A DNA stretch of 61,497 nt, the filler included, from Globobulimina sp. (taxonomy: Eukaryota), in the NCBI GenBank assembly GCA_003354225.1. It is 22 parts of 22 records of this genome, joined end to end, with 100 filler letters (N's around TTAATTAATTAA, not from the genome) between each part and the next. Parts side by side here need not be neighbours in the genome. Positions count along the whole stretch, not along the records: positions 30,818 to 33,517 come from PIVH01005292.1; positions 33,618 to 36,317 come from PIVH01005293.1; positions 36,418 to 39,116 come from PIVH01005294.1; positions 39,217 to 41,915 come from PIVH01005295.1; positions 42,016 to 44,713 come from PIVH01005296.1; 17 more parts are not named here. One strand, given 5' to 3'. How positions within the stretch are numbered: the stretch's first letter is position 1; each line of letters begins with the position of its first letter. The notes beneath the pieces were generated by a model. That model did not search any database. It saw only the letters and a list, made by a program, of their open reading frames with translations, and was not told the DNA's origin. Both the position numbers and the translations under genes were made by a program. Below, in pieces: positions 30,818 to 42,352 of the stretch.

Positions 30818-33501
30818 ATATGCCCGGCGGCGGTGCGCCGCACGTCGGCTTTCCCGAGAAAAGCTTTCCAAAATACGCAGAGTCCTTCGTCAAGCATGGA
30901 AAAAAAGTGTACCGCGTGGAGCAGACCGAGACCGTGGCCGAGCAAAAGAAGAAGAAGCACAAAGTGGTGACGCGCGAGGTCTGCGAGGTGTACTCGCGGG
31001 GCACCATCGTCCCGGAGGAGCTGCTGGAAGGCAGTCTGACCAATTTCCTGCTGAGCATCGCCGAGGAGGACGACTGCAAAATGACATCAAGCATCGCCGT
31101 GGCGGTGTGCTACATGGACTTTTCGACGGGCGCCGTGCATGTGGGGCGCTTCACGGACGACCGGAACCGGTCGAGGCTGCGCACCTTGATCTACCAGACC
31201 AGCCCCGCGGAGGTGGTGTACAAGAAAGGCGCGCTGAGCAAGGAGACGCAGTCGTTGCTGAAGCAGGACGCGCGGCAGAGTCAGCTGACGGCGCTGAGCG
31301 CCGAGCAGTGCTACGACGCTGTGCAGACGCAAGGCATCATCAAAGGGGAGGCGTACTGGGACCGATGGGAGAATTACCCGGCGGTGCTGGCCAGGGTCTG
31401 GGCGCAGGATCTGACCATGGCTGCGGTCGGCCAGGTTTTGTATATGCTGCAGGAGACGATGCACGACCATGAGATATTGCCGCATTCCGCGTGGAATGTG
31501 TACGATCCGACGAGCACGAAATGCAGTCGGTTTCTGACATTGGACGGGTCCACGTTGGCGAATCTAGAGATTTTGCGCAATGACGAGGGTACGCGGCGAG
31601 GGACGTTGATCGAGTTTGTGGATCATTGTCAGTCTAAATGCGGCAAACGAATGTTGGAGACGTGGCTGCGTGCTCCGTTGAATCAGTTGGAAGCGATCAA
31701 TGAGCGGCTGGATGCGGTGGAATATCTGATTGAAGATTGGGACTATTGGACGGGGATTGAGGTCCAGAGCAAATTGAAGGCATTGCCCGATTTGGAGCGG
31801 ATATTGCTGCATTTGGCAGTGTTGGGGATGAAGAATCGCGCCATGGATAAAGCGGTAATGTTTGAGGACTGTTGGAAAAAGGCGAAAGTGGAGAAATTCT
31901 TGAAAGCGTTGGATGGGTTTGACGCTGTTAATAGTTTGTTGACGGAGATCGATCGGCATCGAAAGTTTATTAATTCGCAGTTAGTGACTGATATTACGAC
32001 AATTGTGACATTGCCGAATATTGTGACAGAGGATGAGGATGAATTTGAGACGAAAATGAATGAGAGGCACATGTTTGAATTTGGTTCGGTGATTGATACA
32101 TTCCGAGATTCGTTTGACGCGGAATTGGCCGCAAATGAGTCGATAATCTCGCCCGTACCCGGCAAAAATGAGGATTTTGATGAAATTGAAGAGAAATTGA
32201 AGAGAAATAGTAATTTGTTGGAGAAGATATTGCGAGATGTTCAAAGGGAGTATAAATCGACGAAAATTCGATGGTGGAGTAAGAAGAATGGGAAAAAAGC
32301 GCAGATTTATAATCTGGAGATACCCAAAGAATTACATATCGATCCTCCGGAAGAATGGCATCATCGTAATTCCACTACGAAAGTGGATCGATATCACACT
32401 GACGAGATTTTAGACTTATTAGATGTTAAAGATAAGTTAGAAAATGATAAGGAAACGCTATTACGAGATGCCGCACGGCTCACTTTCGAAAAATTTGCCA
32501 AACATGGTGTGATTTGGAAAAAAGTGGCGCAAAATATTGCAATTTTGGATTGTTTGCTGTGCTTAGCACAGACTTCGCGATTTGCGCCCGGTTTTGATAT
32601 GGTGCGGCCGCAATTTATTAAGCACAAAACCGCGTTTTTGGAGATGCGCGAATGCCGCCATCCATGCATTGATGAGTCGTATTTAAATAAAGTGGGACAA
32701 ATAGGCGGCGCAGCCACCTTTATTCCAAACGATACGGTGTTGGGTTGCAAGGAGAATGCGGCGAATTTCGTGATTGTGACCGGCCCGAATATGGGTGGCA
32801 AATCCACGCTGTTGCGGCAAACGTGCGTCGCTGTGATATTAGCACATATCGGCTGTTATGTGCCCTGTGAGTCTATGATATTGACCCCGGTGGATCGCAT
32901 ATTTACGCGAGTTGGCGCAAACGACCGCATTTTGGCCGGACAGTCGACATTCATGGTGGAGTTGGAAGAGACTTCGAGCATTTTGGACCATGCCACCGCC
33001 AATTCCTTGGTGATTTTGGACGAGTTAGGAAGGGGCACCTCGACATTTGACGGTACTGCCATTGCTTTTGCAGTGGCGGAAAGGTTGATTGATGTCATTA
33101 AATGTCGCTGTTTGTTTAGTACACATTATCATGGTTTGTGTGACTCGTTTGCGGGGAATGAGAAAGTGGCGAATTATCATATGGGGTTTAAAGAGAATAC
33201 GGTGACGAATTCGATTACGTTTTTATATAAGTTTACGAAAGGAATTTGTAAGAATTCGCATGGTATAAATTGTGCGAAAATGGCGTTTGATGTGGATCAA
33301 TTTGGAGGAATGTTGGAAAGGGCGGAGAAGAAAGCAAAGATATTGAAGGATCGGATGCATTCGGATCAGGATCTGAGTAATGAGAAGGAATTGCTTCGGC
33401 AGTTTGAAGGTTTGATGGGTGGGTTAATGGACGGAAATCTTTATCAAAAAATACAAGCAGACATTAAAAATAAAAATGAGACTAATAATATGTGTGGTTG
33501 A
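30818..33501 (+). CDS. MSH6: DNA mismatch repair protein MSH6, 5'-partial
   Basis: PHVGFPE and G.KV.RVEQTET (MSH6 mismatch-binding region), LDGSTLANLEI, TGPNMGGKSTLLRQ, STFMVEL, DELGRGTSTFDG, FSTHYH. Confidence 0.93.
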
Positions 33502-33617
33502 TTTTTATTGTCTTTATNNNNNNNNNNNNNNNNNNNNNNNNNNNNNNNNNNNNNNNNNNNNTTAATTAATTAANNNNNNNNNNNNNNNNNNNNNNNNNNN
33601 NNNNNNNNNNNNNNNNN

Positions 33618-34384
33618 TAATTTTAATGAGTTATAATTATACAAAAAAGGAATTTATGAAAACCAATGACATTCCCGAAGGACTACTTAAATCAATGATG
33701 GATAGTGACCCCGAAGAAGACTATAAACAAATGAATGGACACAAAGCAAATGACAAATACCTGAATGACTCCGGTGTAGATTTCAAAGAATATGTAGACA
33801 TTTTGGACGCAGCTATGATCAAAAGAGCGTCAGAGGGCAAGTTTTATGGAGTGGCTGTGATTGGAGAAGGTTTAGTAAATCTATTAAAACAGAGAGATTT
33901 GGATAAATATTTTGGAGGTGACATGGGCACTGGACACGAATTGTTTGGTTTTATGTTGAAACAGGAGATTGAGTGTAGATGGAATGCGAGGAAGTACAAA
34001 ATGAATATGCGATGCAAGTTTGTGGGCTTTGAGTTGAGGTCCGCCGATCCCAACGCACAAGATATGATTTTGTCGCGCGAATTAGGCTTTTCTGCGGTGT
34101 TGGTCTGCCAAATGAAACAGGTCAATGCCACCATTGTGACTATGAAAGGTGGCGAGTTAGTTTCTATTCCATTGTCGGAGATTGTGGATCCAGATACGAA
34201 AGAAGGGAGAAATAACAAAGTTGATACGACTTCGTTGTCGTTTAGGGTCTCTCAAACGTATATGATACGGTTGCATACGCAAGATTTGTGCAACAGGGTC
34301 TTGACCAAAAAATATGCAGATGTGGCCAATATGGATGTCAGTACATTTGTAAAAACGTATTCGTATATTGCAGTTTCTCGGTAG
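33618..34384 (+). CDS. 6-phosphofructokinase C-terminal part, resembling the short PPi-dependent clade
   Basis: GKFYGVAVIGEGL, GFELRSADPNAQDMILSRELGFSAV and IPLSEIVDPDT...YMIRL resemble the GYELRCADP..FD...R.LG signature of Naegleria/Trichomonas-type PPi-PFK. Confidence 0.75.
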
Positions 34385-34643
34385 TAATAGTGTACATTTA
34401 CATTGTTTTATTATTATAATTACTGTTGTGACTTTTTCTTTCTTTTTTTGATAATTATAGGCTTTTCTCAGAAAGTTGAGCTGATTTGTATGACTTTTTT
34501 TTTCCCTTCTTTTTTCAGTTATTATTTTTTTGCTTTTACATTGTTGTTGTTTTTTTTTTAAAATTTTCTGATTTATTCATTTTGATTAAAATTAAATAAA
34601 TCCTACTTTACTTTAACTCCGATAGTCCATACCTTCCGAAACA

Positions 34644-35888
34644 ATGTCGTTAATAGCACTCATTATAATGTTACCATTGTCATTTGGCCACATGAGCATG
34701 CAGTTAAGTCCTTGTATCATTGTATCATTTTATCCATAACCACCAACATAATATATACACACATCCTTTTTAGATATCCATATCCTAGAGACAACAACGG
34801 CGCATATGCCAAATGGCAGGCCAATGAACCTATGATAACCGCCCATCCACAGATATGTCACGGCCTAGCAGCAGACACAACAGTACGCGAAGGTAATACA
34901 TTCACAGCGGGTGACACCATAAGCATCGATTTATTTGGATCTGTGCCTCATAACGGAGGACATTGCAGTTTCTGGTATTCAACAGACGACCTTACATTCA
35001 CTAAAATAATCGATATTAAAGATTGTACATTACACCCAACCACCACCGCAGTCACCTTTCCCGCAACAATGGCCACCCAATGTGCTACAAAATGCACTTT
35101 TGCATTCACCTGGGTTCCAGTATGGAGTGGAGGCTGTGAGATGTATATGGGCTGTGCAGATATTAAAGTCAACGGTGCGTTGGGAGGCAATCCGAGTCCA
35201 ATTTCAGTCAATTTCCAGACCTCATTCATTGACAAATCAGCTGCGGGATATGGCTGCTCTCGCGTCGATGATACAACTCATTGGACCACAATCTTTGGAC
35301 CGTTAAAAACTGACTATGATGAGACCGATGTCGCTGATGATGTGAATCATGTGCCGCCTAATGATGTTCATGTGCCCCACAATGATATCGATGTTGATAT
35401 TACCAGTACGAACACTGGCGATGACGTAAACGTTGCTGTTAATGACACTGACACTGAGACTGGTACTTGTTATATGGAGGCATCACTGGCCATTAATTTG
35501 TATAATGATATTGATGATGGCGGTACGTGTGGCAGTGGTTTGGATGGATATAGATGTGAGACTGGAATGTGTTGCTCACGGCTGGACAGTTAAGTTGTTT
35601 GTAGTGTTTTTGTTTTTGAGTTTGTATTTGTATGTATGTGTAAGTTGTGGACCTGTTTTTGATGGAACTGGTTGGATGAATTATGATGCGAATGGATATT
35701 ATGGCACTGATAATGAAGCGTTTGCTGCATATTGCACGGATGCAATTGGAGATTGGAGGGTGGTTGGTTGTGAGGATGGAAATGTTTTATATGTTGCAAG
35801 TGATGTATATGATGCAAGTGGTTGTTGTATGGTTAATGTGTTCTTATTAAGATGTATTTTGGTGATTATGTTCTTGTTTTACATATAG
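34644..35888 (+). CDS. AA11-like lytic polysaccharide monooxygenase + hevein (CBM18) domain + GPI-like tail, 3 exons, apparent 1-bp deletion
   Basis: Signal peptide, then His1 (MSLIALIIMLPLSFG|HMSMQYPYPR, across intron 34703-34773), GSVPHNGGHCSF, FTWV and EMYMGCADI. Hevein-like CG...C..GMCCS(TAGH)CG across intron 35589-35644. Hydrophobic C-terminus. Confidence 0.75.
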
Positions 35889-36597
35889 ATAAAGATCTAC
35901 GTTTTTAATTCCGACCTTTCTTTTATTTAATGACGTTTTTCTCTTTCTTATTTTTTTGTTTTATTGTGTTATTATGTTATTATTTCTCACTTTTTTTTTC
36001 TTCGTCTTTATTTTTTATTTTTTTTTTGAGTTATATTTGCTGTGTTTGTCGCATGGAACACCTATTTTGAATTAAGTTCAATTTCAATTTCGTATATATT
36101 ATTAATTCAATTTCTAAGTTTGCGGATTTATCCGTCGTGGAAGGTTGAGCAAAGTTTTGCATTTACTTTCCCTGTAGATTGGTTCGGAGAGACTTGACTT
36201 TTTAGGTTCACACTTCTAAACACTTCTTTTGTGATTGACTAAGTTTTTGCACTTAACGATATATTCCAAAAGTTAACCCACCCCCCCCCCTTTGTATACA
36301 GAAAATGCAATTATAAANNNNNNNNNNNNNNNNNNNNNNNNNNNNNNNNNNNNNNNNNNNNTTAATTAATTAANNNNNNNNNNNNNNNNNNNNNNNNNNN
36401 NNNNNNNNNNNNNNNNNACATTAAGTTCAAAAAAGAAATAATGACTAAGTAACATTGACATTCATTTGATTATTATATTTCTTTATTACTTATTACTTAT
36501 AATTTTACTTACTTATAATTTTAAGTCAGAGATCAATTCATGACCTTTACCGAATTGTTGTGTCTGTCTTTAATTTTTCTATTTTTATTGATTCGAT

Positions 36598-38830
36598 TTG
36601 GATATATTTTTAAATAATATTATTAGTTGGTGGTCAATGCAAATCAAATACGATATCCATTGCAAACCTATTAAACAGACTCGACTTATATTATTACAGA
36701 ATGCCATCTCACATTGGGAAGAATACAAAAATAACAGTATCAAACACTGGAAACAATCTATAATAATTGAGACAAAATCAACCCATTTACATTTAAAAAG
36801 AACACTAAAATATTGGCACGAATGGAGCACCCAACAATACCACAACAGAAATACTATAAAATCTAAAAATACAATGAGTGCAATGAAAACCGTAACAATT
36901 AGGCATTGTATCAAATATTGGCATTATTGCATGAAATCAATCTACGAATTACACAAACAATCCATTAAAGCCTCTGCTTATTGCAATGTAAAGCAACAAC
37001 GGCGATGTTTATCAAAATGGAGACAATCAGCGCACAAAAAAGCGATTCTTAAATCAAAATGGTATCAATTTACAGCTGAAATAAACGATAAAATAATTCA
37101 AAATTGTTTCAATCGATGGAAAAGGGAGCAAACATTGCAAAATACGGCAATCAAAGTAACGATATTACTCAACAATTATGCGCATCGATTGTGTTTGAAT
37201 CAAAGTTTTGATCGTTGGCTCTCCCAATATCGCCATGTTAATATAAACAAAGAGACAGCGGATCAATTCCATGCATCATCCACTAAAAAAAAGATATTCA
37301 TTGCATTCCAAACCAATATAAAACACAACAAACAATGTCAAGATAAACTTAATGAGATTGTGTCTTTCCGGTTAAACCCTGACAATTTGAACAGAAATGC
37401 ATTGGAAATAGCATACATTTCATGGAAATGCAAAACAAAGCAAATGAAATTAATTAAAAACAACATTGACTGCGAAATCAGAGTTATTTTATTTGTTTAT
37501 ATTTCTTTTTCCGACGCACACCAAACAACAATTAATGCATTGACAAAGCGCGATGTGTTGCTTTTATGGCGAAAAAACACGATCAAACAACAACGACTGC
37601 AATATTTCGAAGAGAAAACAAAGGCAACACACAGTGCGTTAGCAATGCAGCGAATATTCAATGAATGGAAATGGAACACCTCCGTCAATCAACAGAGCGA
37701 ATCTTTGCTGTTATCAAATTGTTTGCAATTTTGGTACGAATCAATGCGAAAACATAATATTAACAAAGCAAAATATAAAATGTTAAAGCAATGGATTGAT
37801 ACAAAGATATTAAATAATTTGTGGTTGAATTGGTATTTAAGCACTCTTTATAACATTGAGCTAAATGACCAGAATGAGATTGCTGTCAATTTTTACAAAC
37901 ATCAGTCGCAATCACTGCTATTTTATAAATGGAAAGAATTTGCAATAAATCACAAAAAACAAAAGAAATTAACAAAAAAAATGAAAAACAATTTCAAAAA
38001 ATCAATGAAAAAGCGAGCATTCAGTCATTGGCATTTATTGTATGTCGAACATGAATATCAAAATGAAGCAAATCAAATTGCTCTGAGATTATTAATCAAG
38101 AAAGTCTTAAAATGTTGGAATAAAAAAATGAAATTAAGAAAACATAAAAGATTTAACAATTACAAAGCAAAATTATTTGACACAAAGTCTTATTTTAATA
38201 AATGGTCAGTGGTATTTGAGCCATTTCGGATCGGATTCGAGTATGAAAAGCAAATAACAGACAGTATCAAACCGTATATGGATTCGAAAAGAAATAAAAG
38301 TTATTTTTTGTTTTTTATTTCTGATTAAATATAATTTAATTAAACACAATATCAAAACCACAGATATTTTATTGGATAAATTTAGAACGTGGTACGATTC
38401 AACAATCACTAAACAACAACAAAAGCAACAACGAATTAGAAATCAACAAATTAAATATACAGCATTTCGGAGATGGAGAATATTGGTGAATGAAAATAAA
38501 AATATCTATTGTTGGAATAAAGGACTTTTATTGGATGTTATTGACAATATTTTAGAGGATAAATGCCAGGAAATGGAAATAAAGGAAACATTGAATAGCA
38601 TTGAAAGATCATTACAAGATTTATTGGATCAAAAGTTAGAATTTAAGCAGAAATGTAAACAATTTCTTAAACTCAAACGAGAACAAAGCAGTGTAGAAAA
38701 ATGCAAATTGGAAATTGAGATAAATGAATATTTGCAACAGAAACAAGAGAGAAAGAATCAAATCTCAATCATTTTTGGTGACATAAGCTGTCTCTACAAA
38801 CATTTTCAACAAAACCAATACATTGGTTGA
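36598..38830 (+). CDS. Sfi1-like Trp-repeat centrin-binding (centriole/basal body) protein
   Basis: Many regularly spaced F..W repeats (CFNRWK, SFDRWL, IFNEWK, FYKWK, AFSHWH, AFRRWR). Intron 38300-38363 joins the two ORFs in frame. Confidence 0.7.
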
Positions 38831-39378
38831 TTTACATACATTTTGTTCATTTTTCTTCGTATTTACGCATTAATTGAGAATAATAAATCAACACTAATAC
38901 CGACAGTTTTGTTCTTTTTAATTTCCTGAGTTGAAAAAATGAGTGAACATGGCCGGATGTGCTGTGGTTTATTTTCTTGGCGTAAAAACCGTGTCCAAGA
39001 TTTAAACAAATTGAAATAACATAAGATTGATTCGTATGTTTCATAAATTCCCTATGTTTGGAAAAATTATCACTCAAAAACATACACAAACACTCCGCTA
39101 ATAAAATATTTGATAGNNNNNNNNNNNNNNNNNNNNNNNNNNNNNNNNNNNNNNNNNNNNTTAATTAATTAANNNNNNNNNNNNNNNNNNNNNNNNNNNN
39201 NNNNNNNNNNNNNNNNTCATTTTGTAATTATTCTCTTTTTTAGCATAGCAAATTAAAACCTTTCTTTTGAGGTAATGCACGTGACTGACAAATGTAAACC
39301 AAAACTTCAAACTTATAAAATTGTTTAAATACAATCAATATAAATAAACCATAAAAAAAAACAAATGTTAACTTTCTA

Positions 39379-41493
39379 TCATTGCCCTTTGGCAGATTTT
39401 TTACTCCTTTTATAATTTTTTGTCACAACATTCTTTGTTTTAATCATTGAAGTCAATGTAGCATTTGTTGTAACTTTTAATTCTATTGTTTGAATTTCTT
39501 TTTTCTTGTTTAACTTTAAATTTTTTGTTTTTTTATTTTTTCTGATATTATTATTATTATTATAATAATTTGTAATAATTTTTCTAATTTGGTTACAAAC
39601 ACAATTCTTTTTTGCATAAACATACAAACTTTTATTTGTATGACCAACTTTTAATTTTAGATTAGCCCCATAATGCAACAATATATCCACTAATTTTATA
39701 TTCCATGCCCCACTGCGCTGCAATGGATATATTAACATTGGCGTTTTACTCGAATCCAAACAATTTGGATTTGCACCATTTTTCAATAAACAAACAATTG
39801 TATCATATTGATCTTTGGCATCTAATTCGTCATAAAGATCAAACGCTTGTTGCACAACAAAATACAAACATGTTTTATTTGTCTTTGTATCTATTCTCGA
39901 ATTTACATCAATTCCATGACATATTATTGCTTCAATATATTCAATATCTAAATTCTCCACAGCTTCAAATAACTGTTCTCGTAATATCTTATTTGCTAAT
40001 TTTGTCATTCGATGTTGTTTACAAAAAGAAAGTAATTCAATTTTTGGTTCAAAATCAATGCTATGTCTGGTTGGCATCAAATCATTTTGTAATAACAATT
40101 TAATTGTTTTTATCTCTCCGATTCGTAATGCAACATCTAACAAACTTAGCGTACCATGTTTAGCAAATATATACGTTTGATTTAATTCTTCCATATCTAC
40201 AGCCTTTGACTTATTAATCATTGCTGAGATAATATTATAATTATTCCTGTAATGCATTGCAACATATATGCTCGAGACACCATCGCTATTTAATAACAAC
40301 GGAACGGCACCAAAACTTAATAAATATAAACACAATCTCTCTTGCAACGGATCAATGGCTCCAATACAAGCTAAGCCATCCAAGTCATTAAAACATACTT
40401 TTTTACTTTTCTTACCTTTACGTTTACCATTATTAATATTCAATTCTTGTTTAAGTTTATTTAATTGTTGGCAGTCGCCATTATCCTCTCGCAATAACAC
40501 ATCAAATAATAAATCTGTGTTTGATTTCCGTGTCAGACGATGAATTCGTTGCGTTCGAATGGAAGCAACTGGTGTCACAATATCGCCATAATCGCCATAT
40601 ATTAGCTCTCTCTTATTCACGCGTCGTATATTCACTGTGGGTGTCTTCGTGTCCTCATTACTCTCATTATCATTATCATTGTTTGATAGAAAATCTAATG
40701 AGGACCGTCTGCGTGCTCGTTTTTTGTGTTTGCGAACTGTGCTAAATACACGTACAGCCGCTGCAGGTTTCTTATTTGGTGATTTTAACTTTTTGGAGGG
40801 CGGTGACCCACATTGGTCACTCTCAGGAGTATCGTGATCACGTTTCCGTTTCCTGACTGGTGAGTGACTTCTGCCAATCATTTCTTTTGAGACCCACGAA
40901 GGCCATTCATTCTCCATATGTTGAGGCATACTTTCTGGGTCAAAATATTGTTCGGTAATATCAATTTCGTCGTTGCAAATGTCATCCAATGTTAACTCAT
41001 CGGTTTTCATTTTATTCGCAGTTTCATTAATTTTTTTCTGTTTTTTGTTTTTCAATGATAATAATGATAAGAATGAAGTTGTTGAGTCGAGTGATTCTGA
41101 TCGTGTCGATATATTATCAGTAAATTTGCATTCAATGTCATAAAGTTCATTGTTTTCATGGTCAGTGTCGGAATCAGTGCGATCATTTTTATTTTTTGTG
41201 CTGATCCGATTATTTCCAACGTTAAAACAACGCTTGCTTTGTATTTTAGGTTTTGAGTCATTGTTAGTTGGAGATGGAGTGTGGGATAATCGTTTTACAT
41301 GCGATTTAGAATGGTTTTTCCTGTAATATTTATGGATAATTTGATCGTGTTTTGGTTTGGAATTAGATGCATTATTTTCGTTATTTTCATCATGTTTTGC
41401 ATGATGAATGTATGCATCTGTAAACCTGTGAGGCTCGTTATTTGACAGTTTCGGTGGCAACTTACGTCGACGACTTTGATATGTCCTTTTCAT
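39379..41493 (-). CDS. Ankyrin-repeat protein with a long basic/disordered N-terminus
   Basis: GVSSIYVAM, SLLDVALRIGEIKTIKLLL, LLKNGANPN and LVDILLHYGAN. Confidence 0.75.
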   Translation of the reverse strand: MKRTYQSRRRKLPPKLSNNEPHRFTDAYIHHAKHDENNENNASNSKPKHDQIIHKYYRKNHSKSHVKRLSHTPSPTNNDSKPKIQSKRCFNVGNNRISTKNKNDRTDSDTDHENNELYDIECKFTDNISTRSESLDSTTSFLSLLSLKNKKQKKINETANKMKTDELTLDDICNDEIDITEQYFDPESMPQHMENEWPSWVSKEMIGRSHSPVRKRKRDHDTPESDQCGSPPSKKLKSPNKKPAAAVRVFSTVRKHKKRARRRSSLDFLSNNDNDNESNEDTKTPTVNIRRVNKRELIYGDYGDIVTPVASIRTQRIHRLTRKSNTDLLFDVLLREDNGDCQQLNKLKQELNINNGKRKGKKSKKVCFNDLDGLACIGAIDPLQERLCLYLLSFGAVPLLLNSDGVSSIYVAMHYRNNYNIISAMINKSKAVDMEELNQTYIFAKHGTLSLLDVALRIGEIKTIKLLLQNDLMPTRHSIDFEPKIELLSFCKQHRMTKLANKILREQLFEAVENLDIEYIEAIICHGIDVNSRIDTKTNKTCLYFVVQQAFDLYDELDAKDQYDTIVCLLKNGANPNCLDSSKTPMLIYPLQRSGAWNIKLVDILLHYGANLKLKVGHTNKSLYVYAKKNCVCNQIRKIITNYYNNNNNIRKNKKTKNLKLNKKKEIQTIELKVTTNATLTSMIKTKNVVTKNYKRSKKSAKGQ

Positions 41494-42352
41494 TGAAGTG
41501 GTTGTGGTTATCCTTCTTTGCTATTAAAAAAACGTCCCAGTATAAAAAAGTAAAAAACATCTGGTCATGGCCCCAAAAGCAACATATATATCAATATTAT
41601 CATTATTTTTAATCAATCAATTAAACGGTCAAACAGGAGACGGCTGTGTTGTTATGTTAAAAATCTCTCTAAAATAAATTTCGTTCTTTTGTTTGTACCG
41701 TCCACACAAACCCACCAAACTAACATGCATTTATAACCTTACAGTACAAAACCTGTCCACATCCTGGACAAGTACGACTTGACGCAATTCGGGACACCAA
41801 CGGTAATTACTTAGGTGGATGTAATTGTGGATGTGATCCCGCATCCGGTAATCCAGCATCCCAATTCTACTGTGCACCACCAAATGCAGTTAATTTCGAT
41901 CCAACCACTCAATTGNNNNNNNNNNNNNNNNNNNNNNNNNNNNNNNNNNNNNNNNNNNNTTAATTAATTAANNNNNNNNNNNNNNNNNNNNNNNNNNNNN
42001 NNNNNNNNNNNNNNNAGTGTCCCCCCCCACCTCAAGACCCAAAACACCACCTTCAGCAACACCCAGTACCAATTGAAAGTCCTGAACAACCCTCCAACCG
42101 GAGTGCAAGTCAACCAAATATCGAAAAGGACCAACCCTCACGACAGGAGCTACAAAGCGAACCCCAACAGTTCCTAGGAGGAAAGGATGGAGGTCTCCAG
42201 AGCCAAGGGGACCAACAATTCAGTCGAGAGTAGGCTGGACCACAGCAAAAGCCACAAAAGATAGATTTACAATGTTGAGTCAAGAAATGTATAAAGCAAT
42301 CACTAGCGGCGAGAAAATGGCTGAAGAACTACAGTTGGAACAAAATTAAATT

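Noticed and set aside
30890-31580. Long overlapping alternative-frame and antisense ORFs in MSH6
   Set aside because: Expected from high GC3 depleting stop codons; no domain signal.
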